Numbered from the stretch's first letter, positions 19,306-30,869 are shown. The stretch is DNA of 64,000 bases from Sedimentisphaerales bacterium (GCA_963663965.2 CAXXFK010000020.1:32001-96000), one strand, 5' to 3'. The notes: generated by a model from the letters alone, not told the origin. Program-made: numbers and translations.

Positions 19306-21069
19306 TTATCGGACATATTTAAGCATCACTAAACGCAAGTCAAAGACCTGATTACCTGGAATTTCCAAGGCTCTTAACATTAAATCTCCGATGCCCTTTT
19401 CCAGATGTATCAGCCCTGCTCTTACCGGTTTAAAATCTTTTACATAAGATTCTGTCCGCGGGGTCCGGTCTTGTTCAGCCCCAATAACAGGAGGTTCATG
19501 TGCCTGAGTTATCCGGCTATAAAGCTTATCACCGTTAAAACTCACTTCGAAAGTAGAACCGATATCTGCCGCCGGGCAGGTGTAATAGAGTTGAATTTCA
19601 TAATCCCCGGATTGCAGAACTTCGATGGGCCAGTGTATGGTATCTTCGATACGTTTCCAGTTGGTAAAGTAGGAACAATTGGGGTGAATACTGGATCGTT
19701 TGATTTCACCAGTGGCAATCGCGTCCCGGGCCGGTAACTGGGTCCATATAAAATCAGGATGGCCAACCGTAAACGGCCGGGCTTGACGATCCAGCTCAGC
19801 CAGAACCTCCTGACGCCAACGAACGACTTCTTGTTGTAAACGTTTGGCCACCTCCGGAAATTTATCATTAACGACCAGCTTCTGGCCGGAATCGGTCAGC
19901 ATGTCATATAAATTGCCATTTTGATCCAGCCGATATTGTTGTGTGCGAACACTGACACGGTCATTCCAATGCGAAAAAATCATCCGTTCAGGCCAGTTAT
20001 CGACAGTCCCTCTGAGCAAAGGCGCTAAAGACAGTCCATCCAACGGTTTATCGCCTATCAAATTGATTCCGGCCAGTTCTGTTAAGGTTGGTAACAGATC
20101 GATTGCGCCGGCAATTTGTTTGACACATTGGCCGGTGGAGATATGGCCCGGCCAGCGGATAATCATCGGTACCCGGACCCCGCCCTCATCGGTGGAGCCT
20201 TTACGTCCTTTCATACCACCGTTCCAGCGCCAGCCGTTGGGGCCATTATCGCTGAAATAGACAACAATGGTATTATCCGCAATTTTCCACCCATCCAGCT
20301 GGTCCAGGATGCGCCCTACATTCCAATCGATATTTTCACACATGGCCAGGGCCGCGCGGGTATGACCAATATCCTCCTTGCCGGGATCGCGATGGTGGTA
20401 ATTCAACTTTTTATTCGCAAACCGCTCCCAATAAGTATCCGGTACCTGCATGGGTGAATGGGGTATGCAATAAGGCAGATAAGCGAAAAACGGTTTGCCC
20501 GCTGTCAGTTGTGTATGCATAAAGGCCAGGGCCATGTCAGTAAAATCATCAGTAATATAACCATTCCCGGTAATCAGTTTGCCATTGTGCTCGAGCATCG
20601 GACTGAAATAATGACCCCAGTGGCCGGAACAAAATCCGTAATATTCATCAAAGCCACGCCCGTTAGGGTGATAGGGATATTGCATGCCATTATGCCATTT
20701 GCCAAAAGCGCCGGTGGCATATCCGGCGGCGCGAAAGGTATCGGCAATGGTGGTTTCATCCAAGTCCATACGTTCGCCACCGGTTGAAACATTGAAAACT
20801 CCGGTGCGAGGGTGATATCGTCCGGTTAAAAATTCCGCACGAGTTGGCGAACAAACCGGACAGACATAGAACCGGTCAAAAATGACCCCTTCGCGTGCCA
20901 GAGAGTCAATCCGGGGAGTATTCAGGTTGATATTGCCATTCATACTGAGATCGCCCCAGCCTTGATCATCTGCCAGAATGACAATTACATTGGGTTTTTG
21001 ATCAGACCAGGCCGTCACAGGAATGAAAAACAACCAAACCAAAATAAACCTGAAATAACTGTGAGACAT
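19306..21069 (-). CDS. Arylsulfatase (Cys-type, formylglycine-dependent S1 family) with C-terminal beta-domain
   Basis: [28 protein letters not shown] (CxPxR), GKWHNG, SDNG. Confidence 0.95.
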   Translation of the reverse strand: MSHSYFRFILVWLFFIPVTAWSDQKPNVIVILADDQGWGDLSMNGNINLNTPRIDSLAREGVIFDRFYVCPVCSPTRAEFLTGRYHPRTGVFNVSTGGERMDLDETTIADTFRAAGYATGAFGKWHNGMQYPYHPNGRGFDEYYGFCSGHWGHYFSPMLEHNGKLITGNGYITDDFTDMALAFMHTQLTAGKPFFAYLPYCIPHSPMQVPDTYWERFANKKLNYHHRDPGKEDIGHTRAALAMCENIDWNVGRILDQLDGWKIADNTIVVYFSDNGPNGWRWNGGMKGRKGSTDEGGVRVPMIIRWPGHISTGQCVKQIAGAIDLLPTLTELAGINLIGDKPLDGLSLAPLLRGTVDNWPERMIFSHWNDRVSVRTQQYRLDQNGNLYDMLTDSGQKLVVNDKFPEVAKRLQQEVVRWRQEVLAELDRQARPFTVGHPDFIWTQLPARDAIATGEIKRSSIHPNCSYFTNWKRIEDTIHWPIEVLQSGDYEIQLYYTCPAADIGSTFEVSFNGDKLYSRITQAHEPPVIGAEQDRTPRTESYVKDFKPVRAGLIHLEKGIGDLMLRALEIPGNQVFDLRLVMLKYVR

Positions 21070-21226
21070 AAACGATCCTTTCCTGTAAGCTTAATACCTG
21101 TTGGCACCTCGGAATGGAAAACGCAATTAAATGCCAGATATTTCGTTTTACTAATATCCATCTCATTTTAAGATTAACTATTATCTCAAATGACCTGTCA
21201 GTATTTTTACGCTCTGGAGTACTATT

Positions 21227-22771
21227 ATGATCGAAGCCAAGCAAACTCGTCGTAACTTTTTGAAAAATATAGGCTTAGTAGCCACAACCGTCCTTTTGCC
21301 TTCAACATTGAAAGCCGCCGAGAACCGACGGCCCAATGTGGTGTTGATCTATGCTGATGACTTAGGTTATGGCGATGTCAGCTGCTATGGAGCCACTGAA
21401 ATTAAAACGCCCAATATTGATAAACTGGCTGCAAGTGGATTGAAGTTCACTAACGCCCATGCTCCGTCGGCCACCTGTACGCCCTCGCGCTATGCCATGT
21501 TAACGGGTGAATATGCCTGGCGGAAAAGGGGAACCGGTGTGCTTCCGGGCTCAGCCGCCATGATTATCGAGCCCGGGCGGACCACCCTGCCTTCCATTCT
21601 AAAGAAGGCCGGCTATACGACCGGGGTGATCGGCAAATGGCATCTGGGCCTGGGTGACGGTAACGTCGACTGGAACAAAACCATCAAGCCCGGACCGAGT
21701 GAAATCGGATTCGATTACAGCTTCCTGATCCCCGCTACCGGTGATCGAGTACCGTGTGTCTACACGGAAAATGATCATGTGGTCGGACTTGATCCAGGCG
21801 ATCCGATTTCAGTCAGTTATGGTCAGAAAGTTGGCAATGAACCCACCGGCAAAGATAATCCTGAGCTACTCAAAATGCATCCCAGCCACGGTCATAACCA
21901 GACGATCGTCAATGGTATTAGTCGGATTGGATATATGACCGGCGGCAAATCCGCCCGTTGGGTTGACGAAGATATGGCTGACACCATCGTGGCTAAAGCC
22001 GAAGCGTTTATCGATCGAAATAAAAACATTCCTTTCTTCCTGTATTTTTCCACCCATGACATACACGTACCACGCGTCCCTCACCCTCGATTTGCCGGTA
22101 AGAGCGGCCTGGGGCCACGTGGTGATGCTATTTTGCAATTTGACTGGAGCGTAGGGCAGATTGTCAAAAAACTTGACGAGCTGAAACTAACAGACAAGAC
22201 ACTAATCATTCTAACCAGTGATAATGGTCCTGTCGTTGATGATGGCTATCAGGATCAAGCCGTTGAATTACTCGGAAACCATAAACCTTCAGGTCCCATG
22301 CGCGGCGGTAAATACAGTAATTTTGACGCCGGTACCCGGGTGCCATTTATTACCAGCTGGCCCGGCCATATTAAAGCGGGCGAAAGTCACGCCCTGGCCT
22401 GTCAGGTTGATTTCCCGGCCTCTTTGGCCGCCTGGATGGGTCAGAAACTGGCGGTTGACGACGCGCCGGACAGCTTTGACATCATGGACGCGCTCCTGGG
22501 GCAATCATTGCAAGGGCGTGATCATCTGATTGAACATGCCGGTTCACTCTCAATTATTAAAGGCGATTGGAAATATATCCAACCCAGCAAGGGAGCAAAA
22601 TATAACCGTTCAACAAATACTGAGCTGGGTAACGATCCTGAACCACAGCTTTTTAACCTGAAAACGGATATTGGCGAAAAAAACAACATTGCCGCACAGC
22701 ATCCCGAAAAGGTCCAGGAACTTGCCGAACTGCTGGAAAAAATTAAAGCCGCCGGCCGTTCCCGGCCTTAA
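21227..22771 (+). CDS. Arylsulfatase (S1 family) with Tat signal
   Basis: TRRNFLK twin-arginine signal; RPNVVLIYADDLGYGD, CTPSRYAMLTG, GKWHLG. Confidence 0.95.
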   Translation: MIEAKQTRRNFLKNIGLVATTVLLPSTLKAAENRRPNVVLIYADDLGYGDVSCYGATEIKTPNIDKLAASGLKFTNAHAPSATCTPSRYAMLTGEYAWRKRGTGVLPGSAAMIIEPGRTTLPSILKKAGYTTGVIGKWHLGLGDGNVDWNKTIKPGPSEIGFDYSFLIPATGDRVPCVYTENDHVVGLDPGDPISVSYGQKVGNEPTGKDNPELLKMHPSHGHNQTIVNGISRIGYMTGGKSARWVDEDMADTIVAKAEAFIDRNKNIPFFLYFSTHDIHVPRVPHPRFAGKSGLGPRGDAILQFDWSVGQIVKKLDELKLTDKTLIILTSDNGPVVDDGYQDQAVELLGNHKPSGPMRGGKYSNFDAGTRVPFITSWPGHIKAGESHALACQVDFPASLAAWMGQKLAVDDAPDSFDIMDALLGQSLQGRDHLIEHAGSLSIIKGDWKYIQPSKGAKYNRSTNTELGNDPEPQLFNLKTDIGEKNNIAAQHPEKVQELAELLEKIKAAGRSRP

Positions 22772-22798
22772 ACGGCTTTATCACAATTATACTCATTT

Positions 22799-22829
22799 AA
22801 GCCCGGATCGTATGTACACCGGGCTTTTT
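22799..22829. terminator. Intrinsic terminator between the convergent sulfatase and GH78 genes
   Basis: AAGCCCGG-12 nt-CCGGGCTT with the T run continuing on the + strand. Confidence 0.65.
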
Positions 22830-25643
22830 CTATTGTTGGATAATCAGTTCATAGCGGCCCGATTGCAACTGACAGACCACTTGATTGTCTCCAGTTTGGA
22901 CTGAAACAATTCCAGGGATTTTATCCAATGACAAACGACTCTCGTGAACGACAGTTGCGGAAGGGACCGGCAGATACAGCAGGGCCTGGGCCTGAACTGG
23001 AATTTCCAGGGTTAAATAGATCGAATTATCTTTCCGGCGCCAATTACTCTCAATTGGCCCGCGTATGGACTGATAACGACATTGGACCCAATCAAGATCC
23101 TGAATGAATTGGGGACGAAATTCGATCTTATTAAATCCCACGGCGTCTCTGGCCGGTTGGATACCGCCCAGCCAGTTATAAAACCACTGACTGACAGAGC
23201 CAAACATGGGATGGTTGTGCGAATAGGTATTGTCGCTGTACTGCCAGTGTTCCCATAACGTTGTCGCGCCGTTTTCCAGCATATACCCCCAACCAGGAAA
23301 TTCTCGGCGGGTGGCCAGTTGCCAGGCCAGATCGGCCCGGCCCATCCGCGACAGCACATCCAGCATAAACTGGGTTCCAAAAATCCCGGTAGTCAGTTTA
23401 CCCTCATTGGTGGCGACCAGATCATTCACCAGATAGTCAAACGCCCTATCACGCCCGGCAACCGGAGCCATATCCAAATACAATGCAAACGATTGACTCG
23501 TCTGAGATCCTGGAGAGAATACGCCCGTCTCCGGTTTATTATATTTCTCCAGATACGCACTTTTAATCTGCTCAGCCAGATTCAGATATTCCACGCGATC
23601 TCTATCCTGACCTGAAATTTCGGCCAGGCTCGACATGATGCGAGCCGCCTCACTATACAACGGAGTGACCAGCATTGGCGGTTCGGCGCCCACGCGGGCT
23701 TCATGATCACTCAATCCGGTTGGGAAAATGCCATCTTTGGCCTGGTCCTGAACCAGTTTGAACCATCGTTTCGATGTGCCATACTGCCGTTCTATGATTC
23801 TCCAGTCGCCATAATACCGATACAATTGCGCCTGTAAAAGTGGATGGGCCATGGCCCAGGCCGGACCGCAATATTGGATCCCGATAAAGGGCGCAGTATC
23901 GGTCAGCATGCCATCCGGCCGCGCCGCGTCATGCCAGTCCCAGGCCGCTTTGGTGTAAAACTGGGCCATATCGAAATTAAGCATCATGGCATCGCTGGTT
24001 ACGACAATATCGCCGCCATAGCCCAGTCGCTCCCGATGCGGACAGTCTGACTGTACACTGATGAGATTATTACGAAATGTCCATTCGCACATGGTTTGAA
24101 TGCGATTGACCAGTTCGTTCGAACATTGAAACTGCCCAACCGGTTCAACGGCAGTATGCAAATGTTTACCCTGGATCATATCCAGCGTAACCGGACCGGT
24201 GTAACCGGTCATTTCGACATAGCGAAAACCATGAAAGGTAAATTGCGATTCGTAAGTTTCCAGTCCCCCACCGCGGGCAATATAGGTATCCGCCTGCCAG
24301 GCGACGGGCGGCGCTCCCGGGCCACCCGCGGGCAATTCCTTGCCATCCGGGCCTTTTCGCATCCCTTTTAACTGGCCGCAGACACTGGTCATCGGATTGA
24401 GAGTGCCGTCTTTATGCAGCAATTCGCCATAGCGTAACTGGATACGAGCACCTGGTTGAGCTTGCAGATTCAAACGAATCCATCCGGTAAAGTTCTGACC
24501 AAGATCAAAAATCGTCACACCCTCAGCGGGATGCAGAATCTGTTGAGCGTTAAGCGTTGCGCTAATACAGATCGGCGGTACCGGCCGGGCCTGTAATCGT
24601 CCCGCCGGCGGATCCACTGATACGGCCGATGACCAACCAGAGATATCGAATCCAGGCAGATCCCAGCCGGTCTGCTCACTCCGCGCGTCATAGACTTCTC
24701 CGAGATAGATATTATTCCTCAGAACAGGACCTTCTTTCATACGCCACCGGGTATCGCTCACGATTGTTTGTTTACTGCCATCGGTATATTCGATCGCCAG
24801 TTGAGCGATAAAGCGCGGGCGCCCCACCGCCAGATGTTCCCGCAGATTAAACCGTCCGAATAAACGCAATGGCAATGGATTATACCAACCGTTCCCCAAC
24901 GCGACCCCCAGGCAATGCTGACCGGGTTGCAAAGGGCCCTTCAAGTCGAAGCAACTGTAATAAATCCGTTTATCATAGGCTGTCCATGCCGGAGCCAGCG
25001 CCTGATCGCCTATTGGATTACCATCGAGCGTTGCCTTGTAATAACCCAATCCGGCAATATAGAGTCGCGCGCGACGCACTGGCTTTTTAATATCAAATTC
25101 CTGTCTGAATAATGGAGCCGGGTCATCCTGATAAAAATCCTCATCCCGTTCGGGATCAGATTTGCCATCGCCAATCCATTGACCGGTCCAATCTTTTGAA
25201 TTCAGCAATCCCATCTCCCACCAACCTGGCTCGCTCCAGGATGACAGATAACCATCCCTATCCCAAATCTGAACCTTCCAGTAATAACGACGCCCTGATT
25301 CCAGCGGACGGCCACCAAAAGACACTTGAATCGATTGATGACTGGATACCTTTTCAGTATCCCAGACCTCGCCCTGATCACGTTCAAGATCTGACCGGTT
25401 TTCCGCAACGAGAATTCGATATGCCGTCTGCCTCTGACCCCGCTCATCCGAATTAAGCTGCCAGCTTAGCCGGGGAGCGGCCTCATCGATTCCCAATGGA
25501 TTCTTCTGGTACTCACATTTTAAATTTTCTATCCGGATCGAAGATCGTTTGACTTCGCCGCCCATTAAAGTTGTTCCTGCCAGAGAGACGGCCAGGATCA
25601 TTATTAAAAACTTTGTTTTAAATTTTAACATTTTAACCGCCAT
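22830..25643 (-). CDS. Alpha-L-rhamnosidase (GH78)
   Basis: LKCEYQKNPLGID..PRLSW, APLFRQEF, DLGQNFTGW, FTFHGFRYVE, SDCPHRERLGYGGD, GATTLWEHW, SHNHPMFG; start moved to ATG 25643 (GAAAGG RBS). Confidence 0.95.
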   Translation of the reverse strand: MAVKMLKFKTKFLIMILAVSLAGTTLMGGEVKRSSIRIENLKCEYQKNPLGIDEAAPRLSWQLNSDERGQRQTAYRILVAENRSDLERDQGEVWDTEKVSSHQSIQVSFGGRPLESGRRYYWKVQIWDRDGYLSSWSEPGWWEMGLLNSKDWTGQWIGDGKSDPERDEDFYQDDPAPLFRQEFDIKKPVRRARLYIAGLGYYKATLDGNPIGDQALAPAWTAYDKRIYYSCFDLKGPLQPGQHCLGVALGNGWYNPLPLRLFGRFNLREHLAVGRPRFIAQLAIEYTDGSKQTIVSDTRWRMKEGPVLRNNIYLGEVYDARSEQTGWDLPGFDISGWSSAVSVDPPAGRLQARPVPPICISATLNAQQILHPAEGVTIFDLGQNFTGWIRLNLQAQPGARIQLRYGELLHKDGTLNPMTSVCGQLKGMRKGPDGKELPAGGPGAPPVAWQADTYIARGGGLETYESQFTFHGFRYVEMTGYTGPVTLDMIQGKHLHTAVEPVGQFQCSNELVNRIQTMCEWTFRNNLISVQSDCPHRERLGYGGDIVVTSDAMMLNFDMAQFYTKAAWDWHDAARPDGMLTDTAPFIGIQYCGPAWAMAHPLLQAQLYRYYGDWRIIERQYGTSKRWFKLVQDQAKDGIFPTGLSDHEARVGAEPPMLVTPLYSEAARIMSSLAEISGQDRDRVEYLNLAEQIKSAYLEKYNKPETGVFSPGSQTSQSFALYLDMAPVAGRDRAFDYLVNDLVATNEGKLTTGIFGTQFMLDVLSRMGRADLAWQLATRREFPGWGYMLENGATTLWEHWQYSDNTYSHNHPMFGSVSQWFYNWLGGIQPARDAVGFNKIEFRPQFIQDLDWVQCRYQSIRGPIESNWRRKDNSIYLTLEIPVQAQALLYLPVPSATVVHESRLSLDKIPGIVSVQTGDNQVVCQLQSGRYELIIQQ

Positions 25644-25660
25644 CAATTTTAACCTTTCTT

Positions 25661-25906
25661 TTATGAACCCGCCACTTTCGAAAACCAATAGGCTCCCACG
25701 CCTAATATCAGAAACAGGAATATATACATCGCGACTCCCATTAACATCCAGATCAAGGTGGCTCGCGCCCAATTGGTCTTGCTGGGCGGCGCGCCATCCC
25801 CAAACGCCCAGACGAACAACATAATTAGATTGATAACCGGAAGACACATTATGAACATTGTTGTCATCCAGTTGCTTACAGATACCGGCTCTTTTTTACG
25901 ACTCAT
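25661..25906 (-). CDS. Small conserved-type membrane protein (81 aa)
   Basis: PVSVSNWMTTMFIMCLPVINLIMLFVWAFG...SKTNWARATLIW; two hydrophobic segments; GAGG RBS. Confidence 0.75.
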   Translation of the reverse strand: MSRKKEPVSVSNWMTTMFIMCLPVINLIMLFVWAFGDGAPPSKTNWARATLIWMLMGVAMYIFLFLILGVGAYWFSKVAGS

Positions 25907-26278
25907 TATTTAACCTCTGTTTCCTAGGTATCCAGATTCTTGTTCTAAGCAATAACGATCTCCAGTTTGATCATTTATCATGTAATTCCAAAATGATATC
26001 AGTCATATTAGTGAGAAAACGCAAAACTTGCCAATTTATTTACTTCTTTGTGTACACTATCTGGAACAGTTGGTTTCACAAAGGGAATCTCATTACCCAA
26101 AAAATTCGTAACTGCTTGATTACAGCATTCTTAAGTAATTTTTTTACGTTATACTATTATTCTTAGATTCTCTCAGAATGATATGACTGTCAATTATTCT
26201 CGTATATTCTGTTTGCTCAGATCAAATTGTTATGCTATACTACATTAGTTAATATATATACTGTTAAGGACCGAAGAC

Positions 26279-28741
26279 ATGATACTCACATCGATTCTAT
26301 CTGTTATAGGCATCTTGATAATGATCTATATTGCCAATCGTCTTGGGCGTGTCGAGGAAGATATTTCGTTAATTAAGCAAACGATTTTACACCTTCCGGT
26401 TGAATCGCTGCCCCATTCCAGACACGCAATTAAATCAATGGAAGCTACCCGACCGCCTGTCACACATGCTGAGCCCACATTGTCTCACGTAAAACCTGAG
26501 ACACACAGCGCCAGTGCCACTTTGCCGGAAGAATCTGGAATAAAAGCACCGGTTTCTAAAGCTATTCCGAAATCTCAGACTCTTTTTGATCGATATCAAC
26601 AGGAAAAAGCACAACTGGAATCGAAACTGCCCTGCCGGGATGAACCTGAGAAATCGAATACTATGATAGAGCAGGAAACAAAATCGGAAAAACCGAAATA
26701 TGGGCTGGAACAATGGCTTGGACTGCGCGGGGCCCTGGTTGCAGGGATTATTACCACGCTGATTGGCGCGGGTTTGTTTCTTAAATATATTTATGATCAG
26801 AGCTTCATGGGACCAGTGGGCCGGATTGCATTGACGGCCGGGGGCGGATTGTTATGTATTGGAATTGGTGAATTTACCCGCAGAAAAAACTTTGGCCTGG
26901 TTGCGCAGGGGCTGACGGCGCTTGGGTTTGCTATTTTGTTCGCGGCGGTTTTTACCGCGAATCATTTTTATCAGATCCTCGGCGTGACACCGGCGTTTAT
27001 GATTGCCTCCCTGATAACTATTGTGGCTATGAGTTACGCGGTCTGTTTGCGTGATGTCCTGGCGGCATTTGTGGCGTTGCTGGGTGGTTATCTGACCCCG
27101 GTAATTCTGCAATCCAACGCGGGCGGATCGGTGTTGTTTGTTTATGTCTCTTTGCTCAGTATCGGCGCCCTGGCCTGCGCCTGGTATCGCAACTGGCGAA
27201 TTATTCACTGGCAGGCATTTATTGGCGCGTTCATTCTTTACGGCCTCTGGTATAACAACGTTCCTGTGCATCCGGGTATTCCCGACAGTCAATTTAAACT
27301 GGCGGTGGTCTGGCTGGGCGTGTTCTTTTTAATTTTTCTGGTTATGCCCGTTCTGCATGAACTGGTTCGCAAGGTCCGGTCGGGATGGAGCGATGGTGTG
27401 TTATTGCTGGTCAATGCGGCATTGACTTTTGGATTTTATTATCATTTACTGGAAGCCGGCTATCGGACGGGCCTGGCCTGGATCGCGGTTGTTCTGTTCG
27501 GAATTCATCTGGGGCTGCGTCAACTGATCCATATTCGATATCCGGATGATACCCCGCTGAAAAGTGTGTTACTGACAATCGCACTTCTGTTTGCTGGTCT
27601 GGCTGTGCCGCTCTATTTCAATCTGTATTCATCCATGATCGCCTGGTCTTTCCAGGCGGTGATTATCCTGTTTATCGCCCGGCGTTACCAGAATCGTTTG
27701 TGTGAGGTGGCAGCGTTGGCGCTGGGTTTGATCCAGATCATTACGCTGATAAGCGCGTTGCCATTACATCATGAGGCCATTCAACCATTTTTCAACCGGG
27801 CCTGGCTGGCCGCGTTCTCGGTTTTTGCCGGCTATTACCTGATGCACTGGATCTATCGTCAACTGGGCAGCGGTTTCAAGGGCGCCGGTTCCGTTTTAAT
27901 GTGGTTGTGCATGGCGGTTGCCTGGATTGGGTTGCTGGGGATTTCTTTAACGGAATGGCATGATGGTTGCCGTTATGACAGCGATCTCTCCGTTGCCCTG
28001 CGTGATATTATCACGTTCCAGGGCCACCAGGTTATTATGGCGCTGTTTCTGGTAATTCTGGCGGCGTGGCCGGTACGGCCGCGGAATGAGAATCTGGATA
28101 CCATCGTTTCGGCGGCGGCGTTAAGCGGCTGTCTGGTTTCGCTTTACTATTTCTACTCACTCTATGAGATGGTCGTTCATCGTTATCCAATCAGCGGTCT
28201 GTCGATTGGCTGGCTGTTTTTGAATCCGCGCTTTCTGACAGCGTTGTGTCTACCAGTTGCCACTCTGATCAGCGGCTTGCTGATCTACTGGCAGGGTCAA
28301 TCTTTCAAAAGCGCTAATCTGGTCCGGTTTATTTTTATGGTCGCGGTAATCGGTTTGTGGGTTTTGATAACTGAGGAACTTTATTTCCACTTCAAACTCA
28401 CCGGCATGCAAAGCCTGGATCCTGACCGGGGCCTATTCCTGGGCCAGATGGCCATCTCGATTGCCTGGGCGATCTATAGTTTTGGCCTGATGGCCATTGG
28501 ATTCTGGAAACAGTTTCGGGCGGCTCGCTATGCCTCGCTGGCGATACTGGTACTGACACTGGGCAAGGTGTTTCTGCTGGATATGAGTCACCTGGGCCAG
28601 GTTTACCGGATCGCGGGCGTCGTGGTCCTGGGAGTTATCCTGCTGGTGGTCGCGTTTCTTTATCAGTACGCCCGGAATAAAGGGGTGTTTCATAAAGAAC
28701 CGGCAACCACTGCTAATCAGAGGTCGACTCTGGATGAATAG
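26279..28741 (+). CDS. DUF2339-family multi-pass membrane protein
   Basis: LEQWLGLRG...GAGLFLKY...GPVGRI; GGYLTPVI; C-terminal SIAWAIYS...TLGKVFLLDMSHLGQVYRI. Confidence 0.88.
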   Translation: MILTSILSVIGILIMIYIANRLGRVEEDISLIKQTILHLPVESLPHSRHAIKSMEATRPPVTHAEPTLSHVKPETHSASATLPEESGIKAPVSKAIPKSQTLFDRYQQEKAQLESKLPCRDEPEKSNTMIEQETKSEKPKYGLEQWLGLRGALVAGIITTLIGAGLFLKYIYDQSFMGPVGRIALTAGGGLLCIGIGEFTRRKNFGLVAQGLTALGFAILFAAVFTANHFYQILGVTPAFMIASLITIVAMSYAVCLRDVLAAFVALLGGYLTPVILQSNAGGSVLFVYVSLLSIGALACAWYRNWRIIHWQAFIGAFILYGLWYNNVPVHPGIPDSQFKLAVVWLGVFFLIFLVMPVLHELVRKVRSGWSDGVLLLVNAALTFGFYYHLLEAGYRTGLAWIAVVLFGIHLGLRQLIHIRYPDDTPLKSVLLTIALLFAGLAVPLYFNLYSSMIAWSFQAVIILFIARRYQNRLCEVAALALGLIQIITLISALPLHHEAIQPFFNRAWLAAFSVFAGYYLMHWIYRQLGSGFKGAGSVLMWLCMAVAWIGLLGISLTEWHDGCRYDSDLSVALRDIITFQGHQVIMALFLVILAAWPVRPRNENLDTIVSAAALSGCLVSLYYFYSLYEMVVHRYPISGLSIGWLFLNPRFLTALCLPVATLISGLLIYWQGQSFKSANLVRFIFMVAVIGLWVLITEELYFHFKLTGMQSLDPDRGLFLGQMAISIAWAIYSFGLMAIGFWKQFRAARYASLAILVLTLGKVFLLDMSHLGQVYRIAGVVVLGVILLVVAFLYQYARNKGVFHKEPATTANQRSTLDE

Positions 28742-28777
28742 CGGACAGTCGCTAAGCTGTTTGAACCGGAATGCCAT

Positions 28778-29284
28778 TTACCACCATACTGGTTCGAAGA
28801 GATAGTCCCAGACATAATTGAATAGGTACGGATTGGTGAATACGCCCATCAATGAGGCCACGACCATCGAATGCCTGGGCGGCAGGTTATTGAAAACCCG
28901 GCAAAAGAGGTAGTTGCCGGCGGCCAGCATGACAAAGCCCAGCAAAATCATTTTGATGGAAAAATACAGGGGACTGTTTCGCGCGAACTCATCAATTTTC
29001 AGAAGTACCCCATCGACTAAAAATCCGAAGACGACGACGTAAAAGAGATATTGGAACCAGGTTGAAACCCAGAGCAGTGCAAAACGCTTAACCACGGCAT
29101 AACCCGCCATGATGACCAGACAATCGACCGCGATATCGACGATGACAATTCCGATGAAACGCTGTAGTTCTTCCGGAAACAACAGGTCTTCAATCATAAC
29201 GGGATTAGCCAGACAGTTCCGGGTCAGCAATAAACACAATCCCAATCCGAAAACGGCTGCTTTGGTGTTAATCGAAGTATGCAT
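28778..29284 (-). CDS. Hypothetical membrane protein
   Basis: Signal-like N-terminus ending LANP, about four TM helices, GVFTNPY end; AAGGA RBS before ATG 29284. Confidence 0.65.
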   Translation of the reverse strand: MHTSINTKAAVFGLGLCLLLTRNCLANPVMIEDLLFPEELQRFIGIVIVDIAVDCLVIMAGYAVVKRFALLWVSTWFQYLFYVVVFGFLVDGVLLKIDEFARNSPLYFSIKMILLGFVMLAAGNYLFCRVFNNLPPRHSMVVASLMGVFTNPYLFNYVWDYLFEPVWW

Positions 29285-29616
29285 AAAACACCATCCTTTA
29301 CTGAGCGTAAAGATCATTTTGTCAGGCACTCAAAATAACACTATCCGAGCCTGATCTCCCCCTGGTTTGATACTTACGCAGCCGGTTGCATGGCAAGGAA
29401 CATTCTGCGGCAGATTGAAGGAGGATATGAATCTTTCTTTCAATCTGTCCTGTCCTGATTAATTATTCTCTGATGGGGGACAGACGACCAGTGTTTTTAA
29501 ATCTACTTCTTATCCAAAAGTCAGATTATTGAGTGCGGACGTACCGGGTATGGGCGGATGAAACCATATGGTACATCCGTTAGTCAATTAGCCGGATTGT
29601 TATAGTTGGGATACCC

Positions 29617-30456
29617 TTATTTCTTTTCCTCCTTGATAGGGATATCAGCCGGTGGTTTGGTGGGGATGCCGAGGGCGTGGAGGGCTTCTTCGCCGTTCTG
29701 TTGGGAGAAGGTGTTGAGGGCTTCATAGCGGTTGCAGGCGTAACTGAAGACCTGGTCGTCAGTTACGCTGTGGTCTTTCATCAATTCGGGGAGTCGGTCT
29801 TTGATGTATTCGGGGGCCAATTTGGCTTCGCTGGGGTGCGTGGGGATTTTGGGGGGATCGGGGATGTGGACGCGGGGTAAATCGGGAAATGGGTACTCCG
29901 GGGGGTAAACATTGGGTTCGTTTGGAACGGGTTGTAACTGGAGTTGCTGGAGGAGTTTAAGTTTGGACTGGAAGATTCTATTGAGGTGAGTTTCGTAGCG
30001 GGCCAGGCAGTTGAAGGCGGGGACTTCGAGGGTGAAGGCGGTACCGACTTCGTTGTGACGGGGTAAGTAGATACTGGAATGGGCAAAAGGTTGGTCGATG
30101 ACGGTGTCTTTGCGGATTTCTTCGTTGGTGAGCCGGAGTTTATAGACGCGGGCGTCGACCATTTCGGCCTCGATGCGGCCGAGTCGTTCGAGACGCCAGG
30201 CGGCCGAGACGATCTGGTCGGCGATGTGGCGTTGGAGATAGGTGGTGGGTTTGAGGTCTTGTAACAGTGCGGCGCGGAACTCGAGGTAGGTGAGTTCGGA
30301 TTCGCCGGGGACGATGAGATGGGCGGGGTCCTGGCCGCTGAGGCCGTGCTTGATGGCATTCTTGGATGAGATGGCCTTGCCTTCGGGGGTTTTGGGGCCG
30401 GTGGATTTCTGGGCGTTGCGACGGTTGGCTCTGAGTCGTCTTAGTGAAGATGACAT
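29617..30456 (-). CDS. Hypothetical protein with N-terminal ANRRNAQKSTGPKTPEGK..S..NA.KHGL motif
   Basis: Motif recognised from a widespread uncharacterised family; CAGGAGGT RBS. Confidence 0.8.
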   Translation of the reverse strand: MSSSLRRLRANRRNAQKSTGPKTPEGKAISSKNAIKHGLSGQDPAHLIVPGESELTYLEFRAALLQDLKPTTYLQRHIADQIVSAAWRLERLGRIEAEMVDARVYKLRLTNEEIRKDTVIDQPFAHSSIYLPRHNEVGTAFTLEVPAFNCLARYETHLNRIFQSKLKLLQQLQLQPVPNEPNVYPPEYPFPDLPRVHIPDPPKIPTHPSEAKLAPEYIKDRLPELMKDHSVTDDQVFSYACNRYEALNTFSQQNGEEALHALGIPTKPPADIPIKEEKK

Positions 30457-30583
30457 GGTTGGTACCTCCTGTTAAAAGATTGTTATAAGTTTTGGCCCGA
30501 TGTTTTCGGGTTTCGTTAAAGTCATTTTTTTATTGATGTTATGGCAATAATTTTAAGCATTGGGTTTCCCGATAGATCGGGAT

Positions 30584-30783
30584 TTCGCTGCGCTCATGGT
30601 TATTTTATCTTTCGCCTCCGGTGCGAAATCCTGTCGGTACGCCTCTGCGAGGCGTGGTTTAAAATATTATTTTCATGTTCGTTACCCAGGGTGGCGCTCG
30701 TCCCGTTTTACGGGTCTCGCTCTGCCTGGGCTATTTTATACTTGCCCGTTGGGCTGCTTTGGGTATCCGCCGTTCGGCGGATG
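30584..30783. repeat. REP-like composite palindromic element, copy 1 of about 200 bp
   Basis: Shares GCCTCCGGTGCGAAATCCTG, GGTACGCCTCTGCGAGGCG, TTCGTTACCCAGGGTGGCGCTC, CCCGTTTTACGGG, GCCCGTTGGGC and GCTTTGGGTATCCGCC with copy 2. Confidence 0.85.
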
Positions 30784-30869
30784 TTTTTTTATTTTTTGTT
30801 AAGCTCATTTCGTTGTTGGGGTTAGGGTGATATTTTTTGTCATTGGCTTTGTTTCGTTTTATGTTGGTA

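Noticed and set aside
25644..25847. N-terminal extension of the GH78 ORF to 25847
   Set aside because: It overlaps the 81-aa membrane protein gene; the signal peptide and RBS support a start at 25643.
29781..30359. 192-aa Ser/Pro-rich alternative-frame ORF
   Set aside because: A by-product of the C-rich third-position bias of the overlapping 29617..30456 gene.
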